NCBI GenBank assembly: GCA_050633305.1
Contig: JBOEGF010000014.1
Coordinates: 331,436 to 395,435 of the forward strand
Source of the DNA: Nannocystales bacterium
GTDB lineage: Bacteria; Myxococcota_A; Polyangia; Nannocystales; Nannocystaceae
Reading direction: 5' to 3'
DNA: 64,000 bases
Each line of letters starts with the position of its first letter. The first letter of the stretch is position 1. The translations under genes were made by a program, and so were the position numbers. A model generated the notes under the pieces. That model searched no databases, was not told the origin of the DNA, and was given only the letters and a program-made list of their open reading frames with translations. Positions 48,100 to 58,352 of the stretch are shown in pieces.

Positions 48100-48570
48100 G
48101 TGCCGGTCGATCCGAAGGACATCGCGGAACTCGAGGCCCAGAAGCGGGCGAGTCTTGGGCAGGTGTTGATCAAGGCTGCGCGACTCCTCAACGAGCAGGC
48201 GATGGCCCGTGTTCGGGAGCTGACCTGGCAGGACGTTCGACCGGCACACACGACGTTGTTTCCCCACATCGACCTCGAGGGCACCCGGATCACCGATATC
48301 GCGCAGCGGATGGGGCTGAGCAAGCAGGCGGTCGGACAACTCGTCACTGAACTCGAGTCGATGGACATCTTGGAGCGGGTTCCGGATCCGACGGATGGCC
48401 GCGCCAAGCTGGTGCGTTTTGCTCAACGCAATGGTCGCCTGATCCTGCTCGACGGTCTGGCGGTGCTCGCCGAGTTCGAAGCGGGGCTGGTCAAGGAACT
48501 CGGATCGAAACGCATCGACTCGTTGCGGGAGAACCTTGGCGCGCTGCTCGATGTGCTCGAGGCGCGCTGA
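48100..48570 (+). CDS. MarR family transcriptional regulator
   Basis: TDIAQRMGLSKQAVGQLVTELE...ERVPDPTDGRAKLV. Confidence 0.93.
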   Translation: MPVDPKDIAELEAQKRASLGQVLIKAARLLNEQAMARVRELTWQDVRPAHTTLFPHIDLEGTRITDIAQRMGLSKQAVGQLVTELESMDILERVPDPTDGRAKLVRFAQRNGRLILLDGLAVLAEFEAGLVKELGSKRIDSLRENLGALLDVLEAR

Positions 48571-48580
48571 GCTGTGGCCC

Positions 48581-51500
48581 CTACGGGAGATCCGCGAGCT
48601 CGCGCGCCAACGTACGGTCGTCGTCATACGAGGCGTCGGTGTTCTGGAGCGCGGAGAGCGCTCGCTGGGCCCACTGTTTTGAGGCCTCGGCGTCCCCTGC
48701 GATCTCGGCCTCGGCGAGTGCGAGATAGAGGTCTGCGGTCAGGGCAGGCACGAGCTGGTTCGCAACGTCGGGCTCGTCGATCAGCGCATGCGCCTCGAGG
48801 GCTGTAGCCTTTGCCTCCGCTGGGGCTCCGACCGCGACCAGGACGCGGGCGGCTTCTCCCCATTCCTCCGCCCGGAGCGCAGGGGACACGGGCGCGTCTC
48901 GAACGAGGACCACGGATGCTCGAGCATGCTGCAACGCGTTGGCGAGGTCGCTCTGGTCGAGGGCGAGCCACGCCTTCACCGTCAGAGCTTTGGCGCGGGT
49001 GAGGGGGTCGGAGGTCTCTTCGTCGAGCAAGGTGAGCGCGCGACCGACTGCCTCGCGCCCTTGTTGCACGGCTCCCGCGGCCCGATGCATGCGCGCGAGT
49101 TCGATGAGGACGCCGGCCTCTTCGTTCGGGTGTCCCTCGAACGCCGCGAGCGCGGCGTGGAGTGGTTCGGCAGCGGCATCGAGGAGACCGAGCCGCACCT
49201 GGCATGCTCCGAGCATCCAGCGAGCGATGCCGACGCGCGGGTCCTGCTCGGAGCGCCTTGCGAGCGCACTCTGGACGGTGGTGAGCAAGGGGAGGGCTTC
49301 GGCGCAGCGCCCGTTGGAGACACGCGAACGGCCCAGGTTCATGCGGGCGGTCAGGGCAAGCGTGTCGTCGGGGCTGACCACCTTGGCAAAGATCTCGACG
49401 GCTTCCGCGTAGAATCGCTCCGCCGCAGCTTCGTCGCCAAGGGCCTGGTTCGCTTGTCCAAGCGACGTGAGGGAGGACGCGACGTCTCGATGCTCGCGGC
49501 CGTAGGTCTCGGTGAAAATGTCCGCGGCGCGCTCGAAGTGCTTCGCGGCCTCGGCGGGTCGTTGGTGCATCCCCTGCGCGATGCCAAGCGAGGAGTGCAC
49601 ATGCGCGACGTCGGGGTGCCAGGGTCCGAAATGCTCGAGGCGCACACGCAACGAGTGCTCGATGAGTTCGATGGCGCGATCGAGCTCTCCCTGGCGGATG
49701 AGGACCCGAGCGAGGTGTTGCTCGGATGCGACGGTTTGCGGGTGCTCGGGTCCCCACGTGGCGACCGCGAGACGGTGGCTCTCCGTGAAGTGGACCTGCG
49801 CGGTATCGAAGTCGCCCCGAGCGAACGCGACCCTTGCCCTCGCGCCCTCGAGTTCGGAACGCTCGTCGCCGCTCAGCCGGGCGCGGGAGCTCAACACGGT
49901 GGCGGGTTTGAGCCACCGCTCGGCCTCCTCGAGTTCCCCCGTGCTCGCCAAACCGAACGCGAGTGAACTTGCGACCTGAGCGGCGAGCGCATCGTCCCCG
50001 TGCTCGAGCGCCATCCAGTACGCCTTCGAGAGGGTTGCGGTGGAGTGCTCCGGGCCCTCGAGTTGGCGTTGCGTTTTGCCGATCGCAGCGAGTGCCTGCA
50101 TCTCGACGAGGGGGAGTTCTTGGGCCTGTGCCTCTTTCAGCACTTGCTGGAAGGTCTCCGCAGCTTTTGCTGGTTGCCCGGCCCTCAACACACCCAGCGC
50201 GCGTCCGAGCTTTTTCATCAGGGGTCGGGAGTCCAGGGCGACGGTCTGAGGACGGTCGACGCAGACCTCGAGTGGTCCGAGGGCCCGGGCTAACGAAAAC
50301 GGCGAGACCACGAGATCGCGGGTGGTTTCGGAGTAGACATCCAGCACCCCCGCAAAGCGGGCGAGACGGTCCTCGAAACACGCCGACTGTGCTTCGTAGA
50401 TTTGGCTGTCGAGCGTCCGGTCGACACGAGCGGCGCGGCAACTGGCCACGGCGGCCGTCTTCCAGTCCCGCACGTAGGCATCCGCATCCCGGGAGAAGCG
50501 TTGCCAGCTTTGCTCCGCCCCGGCCCAGTCCACGGCGAGAAACCCCCGCGCCAGGGTCTGGCGCCGGGCGTCGTCCCAAACATCGTCGGCCGGCGCGACG
50601 ACATCGTCACATCGCGAGGCGCGTTCGAGGCCGTACGCGGCGAACATTGCCCCTGCACCGACGAGTGCGAGGGCTCCGACCGCGAGTCGCCGTCGGCGTT
50701 GGACGGGGTTGCGGGCCAGGGTGTCGACGAGTGTCGCCATGTCCGCAAATCGAGCGGTGCGCTCCGAGTTCAGCCCGCGCTTCAGTGCGGCGGCCACGGA
50801 TCGCATCTGCGATGTCGCCCCCGCGGGAACGGCCATGTCGGCCTCGGGCTCCGGGCGAGCGCCGAACAGGGCCTCCCAGGCGGTCACACAGAACGCGTAC
50901 TGGTCGGCGAGCGCATCCGCGGCTTGGCCGTCTCGCTGTTCGGGGGCCATGTACGCGGGGGTGCCAAGCACGGCGCCGGTTTGGGTGACCGACGCGGACG
51001 CTTCGGGCTCAGCTTCGCGTGACTCGAGCAGGTCGGGCGACACGCCAATCCGCGCCAGTCCGAAGTCCGCCACGCGAACTCGTCCGTCGTTTCCGACGAG
51101 AACGTTGGCGGGTTTGAAGTCGCGGTGCACCACGCCTGCCCGGTGTGCGGCGGACAGACCTCGGCCGGCTTGGAACAGGAGCTCGAGTGTTTCGGAGAAC
51201 CGGGAAGTGGCGTCGGGTCGCTGCGTCAACCAGGCCGCGAGGTCCGCTCCGTCGACCATCTCCATCGCGACGAACATCTGTCCGTGGGCTTCTCCGACCT
51301 CATGGACCGACACCACGTTGGGATGGTTGAGCTTGGCGAGGGTCTTTGCCTCGCGATCGAAACGGGCCCGTGCTCGGGGGTCACGCTCGTTGGCCTGGGT
51401 CCGCAGGACCTTGATGGCGACGCTCCGGTCGAGCTGCGGGTCGTACGCGCGTACGACCGTCCCCATCGCCCCGGAGCCCATTCGGTCGAGGACGACGAAT

Positions 51501-51631
51501 CTTCCCAGCTGCGCAGGTTGCGACTCTTCTTCGAACAACCCTCTGGAGATCCGGGCCAACTGAAGGTCGGTCTCGAGACCGTCAGCGGGCTCACTCGGCG
51601 AAGCGTCGCCACGCTCGTCGAACTCAGACAC
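48581..51631 (-). CDS. Membrane Ser/Thr kinase with TPR array
   Basis: MGSGAMG, VAIK, HRDFKPANV, DFG, GTPAYMAPE, a TM and HP.(T/V)A TPR repeats. Confidence 0.94.
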   Translation of the reverse strand: MSEFDERGDASPSEPADGLETDLQLARISRGLFEEESQPAQLGRFVVLDRMGSGAMGTVVRAYDPQLDRSVAIKVLRTQANERDPRARARFDREAKTLAKLNHPNVVSVHEVGEAHGQMFVAMEMVDGADLAAWLTQRPDATSRFSETLELLFQAGRGLSAAHRAGVVHRDFKPANVLVGNDGRVRVADFGLARIGVSPDLLESREAEPEASASVTQTGAVLGTPAYMAPEQRDGQAADALADQYAFCVTAWEALFGARPEPEADMAVPAGATSQMRSVAAALKRGLNSERTARFADMATLVDTLARNPVQRRRRLAVGALALVGAGAMFAAYGLERASRCDDVVAPADDVWDDARRQTLARGFLAVDWAGAEQSWQRFSRDADAYVRDWKTAAVASCRAARVDRTLDSQIYEAQSACFEDRLARFAGVLDVYSETTRDLVVSPFSLARALGPLEVCVDRPQTVALDSRPLMKKLGRALGVLRAGQPAKAAETFQQVLKEAQAQELPLVEMQALAAIGKTQRQLEGPEHSTATLSKAYWMALEHGDDALAAQVASSLAFGLASTGELEEAERWLKPATVLSSRARLSGDERSELEGARARVAFARGDFDTAQVHFTESHRLAVATWGPEHPQTVASEQHLARVLIRQGELDRAIELIEHSLRVRLEHFGPWHPDVAHVHSSLGIAQGMHQRPAEAAKHFERAADIFTETYGREHRDVASSLTSLGQANQALGDEAAAERFYAEAVEIFAKVVSPDDTLALTARMNLGRSRVSNGRCAEALPLLTTVQSALARRSEQDPRVGIARWMLGACQVRLGLLDAAAEPLHAALAAFEGHPNEEAGVLIELARMHRAAGAVQQGREAVGRALTLLDEETSDPLTRAKALTVKAWLALDQSDLANALQHARASVVLVRDAPVSPALRAEEWGEAARVLVAVGAPAEAKATALEAHALIDEPDVANQLVPALTADLYLALAEAEIAGDAEASKQWAQRALSALQNTDASYDDDRTLARELADLP

Positions 51632-51725
51632 ATTTCTGCGGTAGCACCGGGATGGACGAACTCCAAGCTAGACCCGACGATTGCCGTGCTGTACGGCACC
51701 CGCTACGTTCCCTGTCTCTTCGAAG

Positions 51726-52325
51726 ATGGACGACGACGACAACGCGCTGCTCAACCGATGGCGCGAGGGCGACAAAGCCTCCGGCGATATCCTCTTTCGG
51801 CGACACTTCCGCCCGGTCCGCCGGTTCTTCCGCAACAAGATCAACGAAGACGACGTCGACGATCTCATTCAGCGCACGTTTATGGGGTGCGTCGAAGGAA
51901 GGGACCGCTTCCGGGGGGACTCGAGTTTTCGAACGTATCTGTTCGCAACGGCCCGTCGGCAGCTCTATCAATTCCTTCGCACCCGCGGACGGATGATGCG
52001 CAAGGTTGACGCGGAACTTGGGGTGACCTCGGTCGCCGCACTCGGCATGACGCCGAGCTCCGTTGCGGCCGCGCGACAGGAGCACGACATTCTCCTACGG
52101 GCCCTGCAGAGGGTTCCGGTCGAACAGCAGACGCTGCTCGAGCTGTCGTACTGGGAGGGTCTCAGCGGGCCCCAGATCGCGGAGATCTTCGACATCTCCC
52201 CGGTGACCGCCCGCACTCGGTTGTTCCGCGCCCGAGCGGTGCTGCAAGAGGTGATCGAAACCTTGCTCCAGCCCGACGCGACGTTCGACGTCGATGCTGT
52301 CGCGGCGACCCTTCCCAAGCGCTGA
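51726..52325 (+). CDS. ECF sigma-70 factor
   Basis: DVDDLIQRTF, SSFRTYLFATAR and LELSYWEGLS..QIAEI...TARTRLFRAR. Confidence 0.95.
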   Translation: MDDDDNALLNRWREGDKASGDILFRRHFRPVRRFFRNKINEDDVDDLIQRTFMGCVEGRDRFRGDSSFRTYLFATARRQLYQFLRTRGRMMRKVDAELGVTSVAALGMTPSSVAAARQEHDILLRALQRVPVEQQTLLELSYWEGLSGPQIAEIFDISPVTARTRLFRARAVLQEVIETLLQPDATFDVDAVAATLPKR

Positions 52326-52443
52326 ACGTCACGGCTCACCCGTCGGCCAAGGTGGAAACATCCCCCGCGTTTGGCCCCAGGCAGTTCGCGACTGACCGCG
52401 GCCGAGGTGATGAGCCCCGTGCAAGCTGCTACGTTGGATTCAA

Positions 52444-54324
52444 GTGCGGATTCCCGAGTTGATCGTAACGGCGTTTCTCTCGGGGCTCACGGGCTGCCCT
52501 TCGGCCACGACGAGGCCGGAGGAGGAATCGAGACCCGCAGACGGGGGGATGCGCGAGAACACGGAGACCGAGCGCCGCGCTGGGGAGGCCGAGCCCGACG
52601 ATGGTGTTGTAGTCCTTGGGACGAGCCGGGCCCGCGGCCTGCAGCTAACCATCGAGGCCAGCAAGCGTCGGTGGCGGCTGGGTGAGCACATTGTCGTGCA
52701 TTACGTCGCGAAGAATGTTGGCGGGAGTCCAACGAGCGTCAGCCAAGGCGGCGACTATCGGGGCGGCCCACGGGCTACACGGATCAACGTGGTCGCCACG
52801 GATGCTTCAGGCGCTTCTGTGGTCGACCCTCACCCCAAATTCCCAACCTTTGGTGGCTTGGGGGGAGACTTCGTCCTCGAACCAGGCGAGGAGTTCGCGT
52901 TTACGGTTTCGTTGGGACGTTACAGGAGGTTTGAGAACCCCGGGCGGCACCAGATCGCCATCGCGCACGACCTCGGGTGGTCGTCGGAAGCAGAGCGCAT
53001 CCCGGCGGACGACGAGCGCTGGGTCCACGGCGAAATCGAGATCGTCGAGCCCTCTGTGTCCGAAGCCACGGAGGTGCTCGACAACATGCAGGCGCTCTCT
53101 TCAGATGCGAACAAGACTGTGGGCAAGCGTGCGCGCCCGTTCGCAGACTTCACCGCTGTGGGGTACCCGGTGTATCTCCCGTTGCTCGCTTCCAGGGTCG
53201 AGACCGAGCCGCGAGCGCTCGAGGGAATCTCCAGCATCCCCACGGTTGAAGCGACGAAGGTCTTGTTGGAACTCGCCGGCCACGCCGACCCCAAAGTCTC
53301 AGGGCAGGCACTTGCCGCGGTCGAGCACCGGTTGCCGCTGCCTGCGTCGACCCAGCGTTTCGACAAGGTCGAGCATGCGGCCTGGGTGGCGCGGACCTGG
53401 GATCCTCGGGCGCTTGGGTCCGACGTCCGGACGCTTGCCGAGTCCCTCCTGAGTTCGAAGGACCAAGTCGCGGTGATGAGTGGCGCCCGCCTGCTCGCTG
53501 CCGTTGCGACGGTCGACGATGCCGACCGCGTTGTCGAAGCGCTCGATCGCAGCCTCGAGGCAACCCGGCGGGATCCCATCCCCTACCCAGAGCCGCGCAC
53601 TGCCGTGTCTGAGCTCGTCAGCGCCGCCGAGGCGCTGTTGGCCGCAGGAGTCTCGGCCGACGCTTCACCGACGTCCCCGGGGGAGGTCGTCTTGTACATC
53701 CTCGAGCACGGCGGCAAGTCACGGCGGCCATCGGAGTACGAAGCGCTCGCCGTCGGCTGGCTCGGTCATGACATCCCGCAGCTCGGTGCACTGGCACTTC
53801 AACGGACGGCGTCGCCACTGGAGCCCAAGCTGCGTGCCGAGCTTCCTCGTCTCCTTGGTGAGCCTCACCTGGGCCGTGCGAACGCAGCGTGCGCGGCACT
53901 GGGAAAAGCCGGGACAAACTCAGATGCCCACGGCGCGCTGCTCAGCGCCATGAAGAGCGCGACTGATTCGTGGTTGGTCGGGTGTCTTCACTCGACCGCG
54001 ATCGCCGCGGGCATCTCGCGCGACACGGTTGCCAAGACCTGGGCGGCGCGGCTTGACGAAGCTGGCCTGACGCTATTGATGCTGCAGCAGCTGGTCTCTG
54101 TGTTCGAGACCAACGGCCACGGGTCGGCTGGCGAGCCCGGGAAGACTGAACGTGTGCGCCTGAAAAAGGCCTGGGTGGCCTGGTTGCGTGAGCATGCGGC
54201 GGTCGTACGGGCGGGAAAACGCATCGAGCTTGGGGATCCCACCCTCACTCCAGACCTATTTCCACCCGGCTTCACGCTGAGCAACAGGGCCGGCGAGCGC
54301 TGGCCTGTCGCCGAACAAGGTTGA
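52444..54324 (+). CDS. Lipoprotein with N-terminal beta-sandwich and HEAT-like helical repeats
   Basis: Lipobox LTGC; Ala/Leu-rich helical repeats such as LLELAGHADPKVSGQALAAV. Confidence 0.75.
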   Translation: MRIPELIVTAFLSGLTGCPSATTRPEEESRPADGGMRENTETERRAGEAEPDDGVVVLGTSRARGLQLTIEASKRRWRLGEHIVVHYVAKNVGGSPTSVSQGGDYRGGPRATRINVVATDASGASVVDPHPKFPTFGGLGGDFVLEPGEEFAFTVSLGRYRRFENPGRHQIAIAHDLGWSSEAERIPADDERWVHGEIEIVEPSVSEATEVLDNMQALSSDANKTVGKRARPFADFTAVGYPVYLPLLASRVETEPRALEGISSIPTVEATKVLLELAGHADPKVSGQALAAVEHRLPLPASTQRFDKVEHAAWVARTWDPRALGSDVRTLAESLLSSKDQVAVMSGARLLAAVATVDDADRVVEALDRSLEATRRDPIPYPEPRTAVSELVSAAEALLAAGVSADASPTSPGEVVLYILEHGGKSRRPSEYEALAVGWLGHDIPQLGALALQRTASPLEPKLRAELPRLLGEPHLGRANAACAALGKAGTNSDAHGALLSAMKSATDSWLVGCLHSTAIAAGISRDTVAKTWAARLDEAGLTLLMLQQLVSVFETNGHGSAGEPGKTERVRLKKAWVAWLREHAAVVRAGKRIELGDPTLTPDLFPPGFTLSNRAGERWPVAEQG

Positions 54325-54569
54325 GATCTTTAGAGAAAGCGATTCGGTGGGGCGGTGGCGCCCATACGCGTCCGGACCTGGGGTCCGAGTCACTGGGCCG
54401 GCCGCCTTCGCGCAGTCAACGCGCGTTCCTTGTGCGAGGACCTCAGTGGCCTCGCAGAATGAAAAAGAGGAAACCCCCAGACACCTGATGACGGACGTGC
54501 TAGATGCTCCGCTAGCCTCAATTGAGAGGCCTTCCGCTCCTAGGGAGCGGTAATCGAAAGCACAAGAAA

Positions 54570-54767
54570 ATGGCTGAAGGTACGATCAAGCGTCTCACGG
54601 ACAAGGGTTTTGGATTCATCGACACCGGTGGTGGCCAGGACATGTTCTTCCACATGTCGAGCGTCGAAGGCACGAGCTACGACCAACTTCGCGAAGGCCA
54701 GAAGGTCTCGTTCACGGAAGGCGAAGGTCCCAAAGGCCCACGCGCCGAAAACGTCCGCCCTGTCTAA
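54570..54767 (+). CDS. Cold-shock domain protein
   Basis: RNP1 KGFGFI, RNP2 MFFH and GPKGPRAENV; 65 aa. Confidence 0.96.
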   Translation: MAEGTIKRLTDKGFGFIDTGGGQDMFFHMSSVEGTSYDQLREGQKVSFTEGEGPKGPRAENVRPV

Positions 54768-54806
54768 AGCAGACCTCGGGTAGACCCGTCATTTGACGGT
54801 GAGAAG

Positions 54807-54835
54807 GAGCCGGCTTTATCGCCGGCTCTTTTTTT
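54807..54835 (+). terminator. Rho-independent terminator of the csp gene
   Basis: GAGCCGGC-TTTATC-GCCGGCTC followed by T7. Confidence 0.92.
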
Positions 54836-54880
54836 GTTCGCAGTGCGGCAGCGGGATGGGACGCGCGAAGGCGGGTCTGC

Positions 54881-55465
54881 TCAAAACCGAATCAGGAAGC
54901 AGACCCCGTCGGAGGTCCGGCGATGGCTGAGCCGAGCATCGGGGCTCCCGGAGATTCGGAGTGCGGCTCGAGTCGCCGCACTGATACCCAGGATCCGGTT
55001 GCGGGTGATCCCCGGCCAGTGCGTCAGATCGAGTTCGACCCCGCCCGGGACATCGCGTGGTGTCATGACGCCGTGCGTGTAGCTCTTGCGGTACACCGCC
55101 GCGGCACGACGTACGATCATCCGGCCCGGGGCGAGTCGCATGAGCGCTTTCCAGACCGTGTTGAAGACCTGTTCGTTGGCGGTCTCGATCACCGTTGGAA
55201 ACAGCTCCTCCAACGCCCGGCCTGCCTCGGCGGCGATCGTCCCGTAGATGACGTCGATCTTGCCGACGTCCAGCCACGCCCCGGCCACGAGGGCTTCAAC
55301 CTCGTCACGCAGCTCTGGCGGGAGCGCCTCGAGGGCTCGGCCAACGGTATCGATTCCCAGCTCGGCCCGAAAACCGCTGAGGTGCCGAAGGACGAGCGTG
55401 GCCGACATCTGGACCGTGTCCTCGGCCGTCGCGCGTCGTGACGCGTCTGCTTCGCCCGTCTTCAC
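54881..55465 (-). CDS. Hypothetical protein (distantly DUF2378-like)
   Basis: 194-aa ORF directly downstream of the IgGFc gene; LEALPPELR...AGAW pattern. Confidence 0.65.
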   Translation of the reverse strand: MKTGEADASRRATAEDTVQMSATLVLRHLSGFRAELGIDTVGRALEALPPELRDEVEALVAGAWLDVGKIDVIYGTIAAEAGRALEELFPTVIETANEQVFNTVWKALMRLAPGRMIVRRAAAVYRKSYTHGVMTPRDVPGGVELDLTHWPGITRNRILGISAATRAALRISGSPDARLSHRRTSDGVCFLIRF

Positions 55466-55474
55466 GGCTGCCGG

Positions 55475-57118
55475 CTACCCTTCGGGGTTCGGGTTGATGA
55501 TTCCGGTCCCGGTTCCGCCGATGTACGCGTAGCTGTCGTGTTGGTCGTAGCCGACCACGACCACGCCAAACTTCTCGTCCCCACCATCGAGGACATGCAC
55601 ACCATCGGGCACCGTGACGCGGGCGACCTCGTAGGTTCCCGCGCCTACGGGCGCGAACAAGGTGTCGTCGACCGCAACCCCGTCGATGGTGATGGGCGCC
55701 CCCGCCGGGCGGGTGAGGACGAAGACGTCGTTGACCCACGTCCCGGGCACGAGGACAACGTAGCGCGGGAGGAACTGCTCCACCGATACGTACTGCGCCA
55801 TGGCAGGGTCGCCGATGTCTGAGCCCAGGGCTTCGGCACCCACCATGTAGCCGACGACGCCGATCGGCTTCGTGGCGCTGATGCCGAAGTCGGCCTCGGT
55901 ACCGACGGGCGCCGTGACCATGAACTCACCCACCATGCCCGCATCGAGGTTGATTGAGGGCCCGGGTAGGCCGGAGAGCGCGGGGTCGAAGTCGAACGAA
56001 ATGGTAGTCCCGTCTTCGGAGGCGTAGACCTGCCAGAAGGTGGCCTCGGGGTTGCCCGCCGAGCGTACGGGCATGTGCGCGGCGACGAAGTTCTGGCCCC
56101 ACTGACGGACGCCCGAGAGCTGCTCCTCGAGGTGGTCGCAGCAGCAGACGTTGCTGGGGATGTTGATGCAGCTGTGCCCGGGCAAGACCGCGACCGGGTG
56201 GTCTTCGTCGGTCACGATGCGTGAGCCGGTCATGGAGTTGGCCTGGTTGGCCGCGACGATCTGGGCCACGTCGCCATCCTGCAGTGAGATGGTGATGGTC
56301 TGCCCGGGCGCGGCGGCCTGAATGCCTCCACCTGCCGTCGTAGCGTTGGTGGCGGTGAACTGCACGCTGGTGCCGTCGGCGGTGCCGACGATGGTCACGT
56401 AGGGGTAGCCCGCGCCTGGTGACGAAGAGATGAACTGGGTACTGATGACGTGGTTGATCGAGTCCAGCGTGGGGACTGGATAGAGCATCGAGGCGTCGGA
56501 CAAGAACGACGAGGCACCATCGATGGGGCTGAACTGGTACGCGACGATCGGAATGTCGGACACGATGCGGTAGGCGCCTGCGGCTCGAATCCCGGTGTTC
56601 TCCTGGTGCCGGTCCGGAACCATGAACTCGTGGAGTGACAGTGGCGCGATCGTGACCGGCGCCTGGATGTCGGTCCAGATTCCGCCTTCCCGGGTTTGCA
56701 CCGAAACGTTGGCCGGGACATCCGTCTGCACGTTGGCCGTGACGATGGCGTAGGGAAGGCCGTCGCTCGCACTGTCCATATCGACCGCGTAGAACAGACA
56801 GCCCACCGATGACTCCCCTGCGTCTGCCTGCTCACAGGTCTCGGGGATGACAGGCCCCGATGGTCCCGGGCCGCCTGCATCGGGGAGCGTGCCGATGTCG
56901 AAGAGCGCCCCACTGCCGGTGTCATCCGCACTGGTCACGCCTTGGGAGTCGCCGGTCGTGGGCCCGCTTGTGTTGGTGCCCTGCGTTGCGGAGTCGGTCG
57001 CCGTAGCCGTAGCGGTTACCGGACCGAGGGTGGTGAGGCTGGTGGCCTCTCTGGAGTTGCCCTCATCGTTACAGCCGACAACCAGCACCAAACCCGCAAC
57101 GACCGCGCAAACTCTCAC
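55475..57118 (-). CDS. IgGFc-binding-protein N-terminal-domain lipoprotein
   Basis: Lipobox VVGC, Thr-rich linker, SVGCLFYAVD, AYRIVSDIPIVAYQF, SDASMLYP, CDHLEEQL, GDPAM and SYAYIGG. Confidence 0.88.
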   Translation of the reverse strand: MRVCAVVAGLVLVVGCNDEGNSREATSLTTLGPVTATATATDSATQGTNTSGPTTGDSQGVTSADDTGSGALFDIGTLPDAGGPGPSGPVIPETCEQADAGESSVGCLFYAVDMDSASDGLPYAIVTANVQTDVPANVSVQTREGGIWTDIQAPVTIAPLSLHEFMVPDRHQENTGIRAAGAYRIVSDIPIVAYQFSPIDGASSFLSDASMLYPVPTLDSINHVISTQFISSSPGAGYPYVTIVGTADGTSVQFTATNATTAGGGIQAAAPGQTITISLQDGDVAQIVAANQANSMTGSRIVTDEDHPVAVLPGHSCINIPSNVCCCDHLEEQLSGVRQWGQNFVAAHMPVRSAGNPEATFWQVYASEDGTTISFDFDPALSGLPGPSINLDAGMVGEFMVTAPVGTEADFGISATKPIGVVGYMVGAEALGSDIGDPAMAQYVSVEQFLPRYVVLVPGTWVNDVFVLTRPAGAPITIDGVAVDDTLFAPVGAGTYEVARVTVPDGVHVLDGGDEKFGVVVVGYDQHDSYAYIGGTGTGIINPNPEG

Positions 57119-57152
57119 ACCGGAAAGGTTGCCACGATCCGGCGCGAGTGGG

Positions 57153-58271
57153 TCACGCCGATGGTGGATTCTCGAGGAGCTTGAGCAAGGTTGGCCGAAC
57201 ACCCACCTCTGCGCAGCGCTTCTGCAGCTGGCTCAGCGCTTCGGGAGTGGGAGCCTTCGCGGATCCTGGCTTGCGATGCGCTCGGAGCAGGAGGTTCTTT
57301 GCGGAGTGCGTGCTTTCGACGAACTCGACGACGTCGACCTTGTAGCCGCAGGCGGTCAGCATCTCCACGCGCAGAGCATCGGTGAGCACCGCGCCATACT
57401 CTCGGCGCAGCAGGCCGTGTTTTGTCATCGCTCCCTGGGCGCTGCTTTCAAGTTGTGCCGCGAGCTCGCGCTGGCAGCACGGTGCGACGAGCAGAACCGG
57501 GGCCTCGGAGCGGATGCCCAGCGCCAACGCCTCGTCGGTCGCGGTGTCGCAGGCGTGCAACGCCAGCAAGATGTCGGGCGCCTCGGTCGGCCGGACATCG
57601 GCGATCCGACCCACGGTGAACTTGGTGTTCGTCCAGCCCATCGTCTCGGCGCGCTGGCGGCAGTTGGAGACCACGTCGTCTCGGATGTCGACACCCCACA
57701 GCGTGCTCGGGATCTCGGCGAGTCGCAGCGCCTCCGCCAAGACGAACGTTAGGTAGCCGTTTCCGCAAGCGACATCCACGATGCGCAGCGGTTTTTCGGC
57801 GGTGGCTTTGCGGTGGGCGAGCAGTCGCTCCCAGCCCGGTCGGCACAGCTCGACGAAGTGGTTGACCTGCTTGTATTTCTTTGCCGACTTGGTGGAGATG
57901 GTGCCGTCGGCATTCATGATGCCGATGACACGGAGAAGGTCGGCGCTGCCATCGGGCTGGAGCACCCGGTCCTTGCCGCCCATGACCTTGGATTTTCGCT
58001 CCTCGCTCATCTTGAGGACCTTGGCCTTGCCGTATCGCGCATCGACCCGGACCCGGGTGCGCTCGTCGACCACCAGCATCTGCTTGACGCGTCCTTCGGT
58101 CGCGGCACGGGTGGCGGCTTCGATCATGGCGTCGGTGTCGTCGCCCTCGAAGACCTCGGGGGCCTCGTCATCTGCGCCAGGGCGCGAGAAGACCGCGCGT
58201 TGCCAACCGTCCCTCGCGTGACGACGTAGGGTCTTGGCCAATCGTCCCAGGTTTGGGCCCCTTGGAGACAT
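57153..58271 (-). CDS. SAM-dependent methyltransferase (Methyltransf_32-like)
   Basis: KYKQVNHF, VDVACGNGYLTF, ALHACDTATD, APCCQ and EFV...HSAKN. Confidence 0.9.
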   Translation of the reverse strand: MSPRGPNLGRLAKTLRRHARDGWQRAVFSRPGADDEAPEVFEGDDTDAMIEAATRAATEGRVKQMLVVDERTRVRVDARYGKAKVLKMSEERKSKVMGGKDRVLQPDGSADLLRVIGIMNADGTISTKSAKKYKQVNHFVELCRPGWERLLAHRKATAEKPLRIVDVACGNGYLTFVLAEALRLAEIPSTLWGVDIRDDVVSNCRQRAETMGWTNTKFTVGRIADVRPTEAPDILLALHACDTATDEALALGIRSEAPVLLVAPCCQRELAAQLESSAQGAMTKHGLLRREYGAVLTDALRVEMLTACGYKVDVVEFVESTHSAKNLLLRAHRKPGSAKAPTPEALSQLQKRCAEVGVRPTLLKLLENPPSA

Positions 58272-58352
58272 CGGCGGGACCATAGTCCCCAGCAGCTGCG
58301 GCCTGCAAATGCGGCGGTGGCCCTCACCACGGGGTTGGTCCACAATCCGGCT

